Origin: Curvularia clavata
Taxonomy: Eukaryota
Assembly (NCBI GenBank): GCA_023920165.1
Contig: CP089281.1
Coordinates: forward strand, 744,001 to 808,000
DNA: 64,000 nucleotides
Direction of reading: 5' to 3'
The notes beneath the pieces are model-generated. The model was given only the letters and a program-made list of their open reading frames with translations. It did no database searches and was not told where the DNA came from. Numbering within the stretch: the stretch's first letter is position 1; the number at the start of each line of letters is the position of its first letter. Shown here piece after piece: positions 58,446-64,000 of the stretch. The position numbers and the translations under genes are program-made.

Positions 58446-61400
58446 GTCTTGCGGTTGCGGCTTCGGCTCGGTCACCTGGGGCGGCTAGGGGGTGGTTGCA
58501 TGGCGATGAGGGTGGGTGCGAGGCGCAGAGAGCGCAGGCGGGCCGGTGTGCTGGTTGTTTGTTCACGAGTCGAGATGCTGAACTGGCGACGTGAATGCTC
58601 GGCAGCAAATAGCGGGCATATGAAGTCACATGTGGGGTGGTTTGGAGCAGACTGAAAGCGAGCTGCCTTCTACTCTTGGATGGAGCACCGTCGCTTGGTC
58701 CCCCCTGTCATCACCCCTCCCATTGTCCAAGGTGGGTCCAGCTGTAAACCACGGTTGGTACATTGTCTTTTCTTTTGTTGGCACCAGCCACGGTTAGTTG
58801 AGGTTGCCTCGAGCCTTGCTTCACATTCACAACAATTAAAATACACTTTCTGACAAAAGATTTGTTGACGTCACGTTGGTTGTGACGGTGCTGACTGGTC
58901 CCTTGTCCACTCCACAGTGAGTGGCCAGAGACTACACCGGCTCCCTTACTCTCTCCGACTAACCACACCTCCAGCGTGACAAACCAATCTACTTCATGAT
59001 GAGACTCGAGAATGGCACCGGTACAGTTCAAGCTACCTGATCTCTGCCCAGCCAGCGCGTTCGCAAAGTACATCATGGGCGGTTATTTAAATCTTCCAAG
59101 CTACATATAACTACTAGTAACTGCCAAGCATCAAAGCATACAGCTTGTGGCATTAGCATGCAGAATCAAGTCTATACGCCCTGGCATGGCAAAGTTACTT
59201 TTCCTTGCGCCTCTCGATGCATGTCGAACGTACCACGGATACCACGTCTCGTTACTTGAAACCTAGATCTTTGATGCTATCGAGGCCGTACATTGACGAT
59301 CCAAGAGTCTTTTGCCGGAAACCAGGACAAATCACACCACAATTCACTGTTTACGTAACAATTGCACACCTGTGGCATTGTTCTTCTCGGTTACTAAAAA
59401 TCATCATTTGCAGAGATACAATGGTAGGTGGGCCAGACTTACAATGGCCAAAGTTCCGCAAGAAATCTAGGTATATCATGCTGAGCTATATGGAGCATGC
59501 ATCGTCGGCCCGGGAACACTGCCATCCAGACCAAATACACATAGTGAACCCGCGTCGATGTTGAACGTGTGAAAGTTATGCAAGGCGTGTACATCCATAT
59601 AGAAGAGACATGAGCAAGCTGAGACGGGCGTACCCGGTGCTAGTGATTGACAGCCAGGGTTCTCCAATAAACCCCATTGACGATACTCTCCGCCCTCAAC
59701 CACGGTGGGCTTGGCGCATCCAAGGACACTTGTCACTCAGCCCATATCCTTGTAGACTGAGAGACCGTCGCACTGCGTCTCGGTAGCGACGTGCATCGCG
59801 GCCATGCATTGTAGACCGGGATGAGGGCTACTTTTCGCTTTTGTAGCGCGAGCCTGAGAATACGTGTAAGTACCTGGTTGAGCAGATTATCAATGCTAAA
59901 CACTGAGTACAGATTTGGCATAAGAGCGAGATTCCGAAGCTGCAACAATAAACAATCTCCGGCCCACCACCAGCATTTGTATCGTGAGCAAGTCCCCACT
60001 CGGAGGCAGACCGATTACAGTAAAAAGGCTCTTGCGGGATCTGGTCGCTTTCGCGTCGGTAAACGTTAATTGGCGTTTTATCACTTTCGAGGAAGACTCT
60101 TCGGAACATGAAACGCCGACCCGGTCATCTATCGGCTAGAAGCTTACGAATCGATAAGCATCTTCTTGCGCCTTTTGAGCTGGGTACGGTGTGTGTGGAG
60201 CATGGGGCGGGGAAAAGGCTGACATGAGGCGAGCTGAGCCTAGGGTCACATCGCGAAGGTGTCAGACAGTTGTCGTCGCAACCTTTTACCCAAGGTACCA
60301 GCAGGGCTTCGGCAGCAGCACATTGATACAGTAGCTTGCGATCAGCGCTCTGACAGCGAGGCAAGATGGATACCGTTTCCCTGGGTGGGGGGTGCGCTAT
60401 GGTCTAGACAATGGAATAAGGTTTCGTGGCAGGTGGACGTCAGCCTCGGATCCAGTGGCCAGCCGGTCTTACCTTTACGCCCATTTCCCATATTCCGTAA
60501 GCCAAGAATGACGGCAGAGAGCCAGGCTTGGGCAAGGCGGGAGGTCAGTGTGCTAACATACCAGCCCTGTCTTCGTATGCTCATATTACGCTCCACCAAA
60601 AAGGGTCCTGTCCCGTAAGTGATATGGCAGACGCCCATGACAATGACCACGAACAGAATGGCCGCTGCGAGCTCGAGCTTCCAGGGACGTAGCGCGTCGC
60701 AATGCAGGCCATTGCTTTGCAGCTGGACTGGAGGCTTGGTAGTGCACGAATTGGATCGCGGATCGGCGTCTCTTCGTAAAACAAAACAGAGGCCGCCCCC
60801 GGCAGCTGATTCGCCGTCAGCTCCGGCTCCGCTTGGGTTGGCAAAGAGGCGGACTGTTCCACTACTCAGACGCAGCAAGGCTGAAGATGAACGGTAAGAG
60901 AAAAAAACAAGGTCGGGTGCCAATGCTCTGGATACCAGAAGCGTCTAGAGGGCGCGTTTGTGCTGAGGTTGTTGAGGCGAGGCGATGGTAATGTACTCGC
61001 TCCGGCAGAAGTGCCTGGCTCGTGAAATTCGGCTCAATGGCCAGGAGCTCGAAATAGGAAAAGCATGACCAAGCGGGCGAACACAGCAGCATGCCTCTGC
61101 CCCCAGTAAGCCGACGACCCTTTGCGACTCTTGGACTTGCAGTTCGTCGCAATACCCGGGATGATCCGAGCAAGGGTTGGACGGCATCCTCATTTCTTTT
61201 TCGACTATCTGGACCGGCTGGCCTAGAAAACCGGTCGAGCTGTACGCAACAGCTCACTGTGATTCGCCCTCTACCAAGGCATGTCGTTCAACCTGAAGCC
61301 CATGTCCAATAAGCTGTCAGCTCGCCAGCTTGCCGCTTATGGCGTGGCTTGCATGTCAAGGTTCACCCACTCATGATGGGAAACGAGGCTGACTGCGCCA

Positions 61401-61711
61401 TTCCAGCCTTGTGCGCGCACCTCCACTGGGCCCAGCAAAAATCGAGATATCTTGTTGCCTGGCCCCCTCCCCCCGCGCTGTTCCAAGATCGACTTGGAAA
61501 CACATCCCGAGCACCCCAGTTGTTCACTTGACACCGCAGACTGCCTAATCCCAATCCTGCCGGACTTAGCTGCCGTTAGAGTTACGGCACTCGCCCCACC
61601 AAACAGTCCAGCCCAGCTTTGACTCCGGCCTTCACGTCTGAGACGGAACAGGTCGGCTCCGCAGTGCTTCAGCTGTCTGAATTCCCTAGCATATCAACGA
61701 CAACAAAGTAC

Positions 61712-62464
61712 ATGCCGCCAACAAGATCCAGGGCAAGAATGAAAGCAGGAGCGCCAGCAGAGTCCCCTAGGACTACAACGACCAAGGCTAGCGAAGCAGA
61801 AGAGCTGCCTTCAGCTCCAAGAGAAACCGTCGTGACAGCTCCTAACGTCGAGACAACGCCCAATACTTCGCCATCATTTGCACCTAGCTCAAAGACTCCG
61901 TCTCGCAGAGTCCTGAGACTCAAATGTCCGGTATGCTCCGACTATCCCGACGGCTTCCGCAGCGAGCATGAGCTGCGACGCCATACCAATCGTGTCCACA
62001 AAAAGGCACGGAAGGTCTGGGTGACCGTCGACACTTCGCCAGATAAGTCGTTCCTTGCAAATTGCAAAGCATGTCAGACTGGCAAACGATATAACGAATG
62101 CTACAATGCTGCAAGCCACCTCCGGAGGATGCATTTCCATCCGCACAAACGCGGTGAGAGAAAGATGACTGCAGCAGAGGCCCGAAGGGGCGGCAAGCCT
62201 GGCGACTTGGATCCTCCTATGGATGTACTGAAAGCAAACTGGCTTCGAGAGGTGGACGAGATAGTCGAAGATGAAAATGAGCCAGGAGAAGAGAACGCAA
62301 CAAATGCATCGTTGTCGCCTCCCCAGATGGTATCGCCGCAGACGCAGATGCAGCAGCAGCCTGCATCCAATAAGTCGGATGGCCAGGCGCCCCCGACACC
62401 AACCACGCCGTCTACTCGGTCCATGGCAATAGACAGCATTGTCGATAAGGTGGATGCATCCTGA
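61712..62464 (+). CDS. Protein with atypical C2H2-like zinc fingers (putative transcription regulator)
   Basis: CPVCSDYPDGFRSEHELRRHTNRVH and CKACQTGKRYNECYNAASHLRRMHF, followed by RRGGKPG..PPMDVLKANW. The start is uncertain. Confidence 0.75.
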   Translation: MPPTRSRARMKAGAPAESPRTTTTKASEAEELPSAPRETVVTAPNVETTPNTSPSFAPSSKTPSRRVLRLKCPVCSDYPDGFRSEHELRRHTNRVHKKARKVWVTVDTSPDKSFLANCKACQTGKRYNECYNAASHLRRMHFHPHKRGERKMTAAEARRGGKPGDLDPPMDVLKANWLREVDEIVEDENEPGEENATNASLSPPQMVSPQTQMQQQPASNKSDGQAPPTPTTPSTRSMAIDSIVDKVDAS

Positions 62465-63373
62465 GCCCAATGCGCTCACTGGGTGGGGCACCGACAGCAG
62501 CAGCCAGAGTCGAAGAAAGACTACGAGGAGACATCTGGCTTGACGAGAGTACAACTACTACGCATACTCGTTGCAAAGCGTCTTGCCACCAGACAATTCT
62601 TGGCAGATACAGCGACCTTGTCGGTTGAAGGAGGAACAGAAGCAATGCTGCAAGATAGTGTTGCTCAAATGCACCGAGCAAACCACCGAACTACGAGCAG
62701 GGATACTGGGGTCGGCCATTCGGTCAATGTTCAGGTCGTTGATCTGCGGAGGACGTTTTGGTGTTCAAGGCGTCGAGTGGTGGGGAGGAGACGATTATCT
62801 AAGGGAGCCAGCCAGAACCGAAAAGGCGTCCCATCCAATAGCGTTTGTAATTCTAGTCTGAAGCTGCGCGTTTGTGTATGTTCCAGTTCTAGGACAGTGC
62901 TTTAGAATGTGAGACGGTTACTCTTTACGTATGATTTGCGTCATGCATATGGTAGTAGTAACAGAGGGCGATGCTGTAGACGAGTTGACAAGAAAAGGAT
63001 TCGTGAGCATAGTTTTTTTCCATGTGTACACGTGCCCAAGGGCAACGCAAAAGGGCGCATACGGCTATTTAAGTCAAAAGGACAGATGATGTGAAGTGCA
63101 ATTAAGACATGTGTCGATCGACGAAGGGTAGTAGCGGGTCCTGGGTCGGTACTCCCGCCAAACCGGGCTCGTGCGCAACAATTTGTCTTCTGCATCGCCG
63201 CCCATGCCCACAACGTTACCCACGCAGTCTTCCATTTGGCAATGGTCATCTCATCTTCCATTCGTATTCATAAACCGACTTGTTAGCGCTGTGAGAAAAG
63301 GCACATGCCATCTGTGGTAGATACCGTGGATTGAAGAGTACGTCAGGCCCGAGGAGGCGCATGCAAGCAAGCG

Positions 63374-64000
63374 ATGTCCTTCCGACGAGTGCATGGCAAC
63401 TATGTCAATCTGGGGAGACTATACAGCATCCCGCCATGGGGCACTGTGCCACCATATGGGCTGGCTGGGCCCCAGAAAAACCCTGTAAACCTTGGCAATC
63501 TGTACTCTAACAGCCAATCCAAATACCCTTCTGGATGGGCGTATTTCGAAGATGGCTCCATTTTTATACTGCCCCAAGGATGGTGCTCTCACGATACTTT
63601 GGAGGCACGTATGAAAATTTTAGCGCATTTTGTAAGAAGTCCTACACCGAAGATGCAGCAGATACGCGCCACGAGAACGCCCATGAAGCGTTTCGTCATT
63701 ATCGAGTAAGTCGCGCTGCTGTCTCGCCATGCATGCGGATGCGCTAACTTGAACATCAGCAAAAACGGCAGTGGTATACGCGAGAACATGCTCCGGATCC
63801 TGGCCCGCAATGCTCAAGATGGGCAGACAGTGTCTGTCGCTGACCCGCGATTTGAGAAAGTCGAGCTCAGCCTCGACCCCACTGGAACCCGCCCAGTCTC
63901 TGCTCGATTTAGTGACGCTCTTCAGTTGAGGTATGAGAACAGACTGCGGAATAGTCAAGCCTTGCAGACTTTTCGGGGAACTTTGGTTGACGGTGTTCTG
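63374..64000 (+). CDS. Hypothetical protein, truncated by the window end; intron 63706-63759
   Basis: The 111-codon ORF ends at a strong GTAAGT..GCTAAC..CAG intron. Splicing restores a frame that stays open to position 64000. Confidence 0.5.

Noticed and set aside
63620..63958. Minus-strand ORF at the window end
   Set aside because: The + strand model has a much stronger intron signal that restores an open frame. The minus frame is probably its shadow, though not excluded.
1..64000. CRISPR arrays, rRNA, intact transposons, telomeric repeats, TGA-CTA readthrough with a PTS1 signal
   Set aside because: None seen by eye. The stop contexts I checked (DUF2828, DERA, acetyltransferase, CSN2, GMC) lack the readthrough motif.

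Overview
Gene-dense nuclear DNA from a filamentous ascomycete. Evidence: short GT-AG introns with CTRAC branch points, and a gene repertoire that suggests Dothideomycetes/Pleosporales (inference). About 24 protein-coding genes can be reconstructed by hand: CSN1, a Zn2Cys6 factor, a DUF2828/vWA protein, a thioredoxin-like protein, a secreted PAN/apple-like protein, a methyltransferase, an MFS transporter, an F-box-like protein, NAT3, an RGS-LOV-type photoreceptor, RPL21, RPS9, deoxyribose-phosphate aldolase, RPS27, a sugar O-acetyltransferase, RHO3, CSN2, an otubain, IPI3, a GMC oxidoreductase, a CSC1/OSCA channel, an MTC4-like protein, a C2H2-like zinc-finger protein and a truncated hypothetical gene. 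The most notable element is not in the ORF track. It is a ~304-nt, highly base-paired, minus-strand element at 26312-26615, in the long gap with no credible protein gene. It carries RNA polymerase III-type signals (TATA-like element, A box, B box, two T6 terminators). It does not show the motifs I know for SRP, RNase P/MRP, U6 or U3 RNA. Other oddities are two consecutive GC-AG introns in CSN2, three consecutive micro-exons in RHO3, and a WRKY/GCM1-like domain fused to a Zn2Cys6 cluster. All product names come from motif recognition only; no database searches were run.
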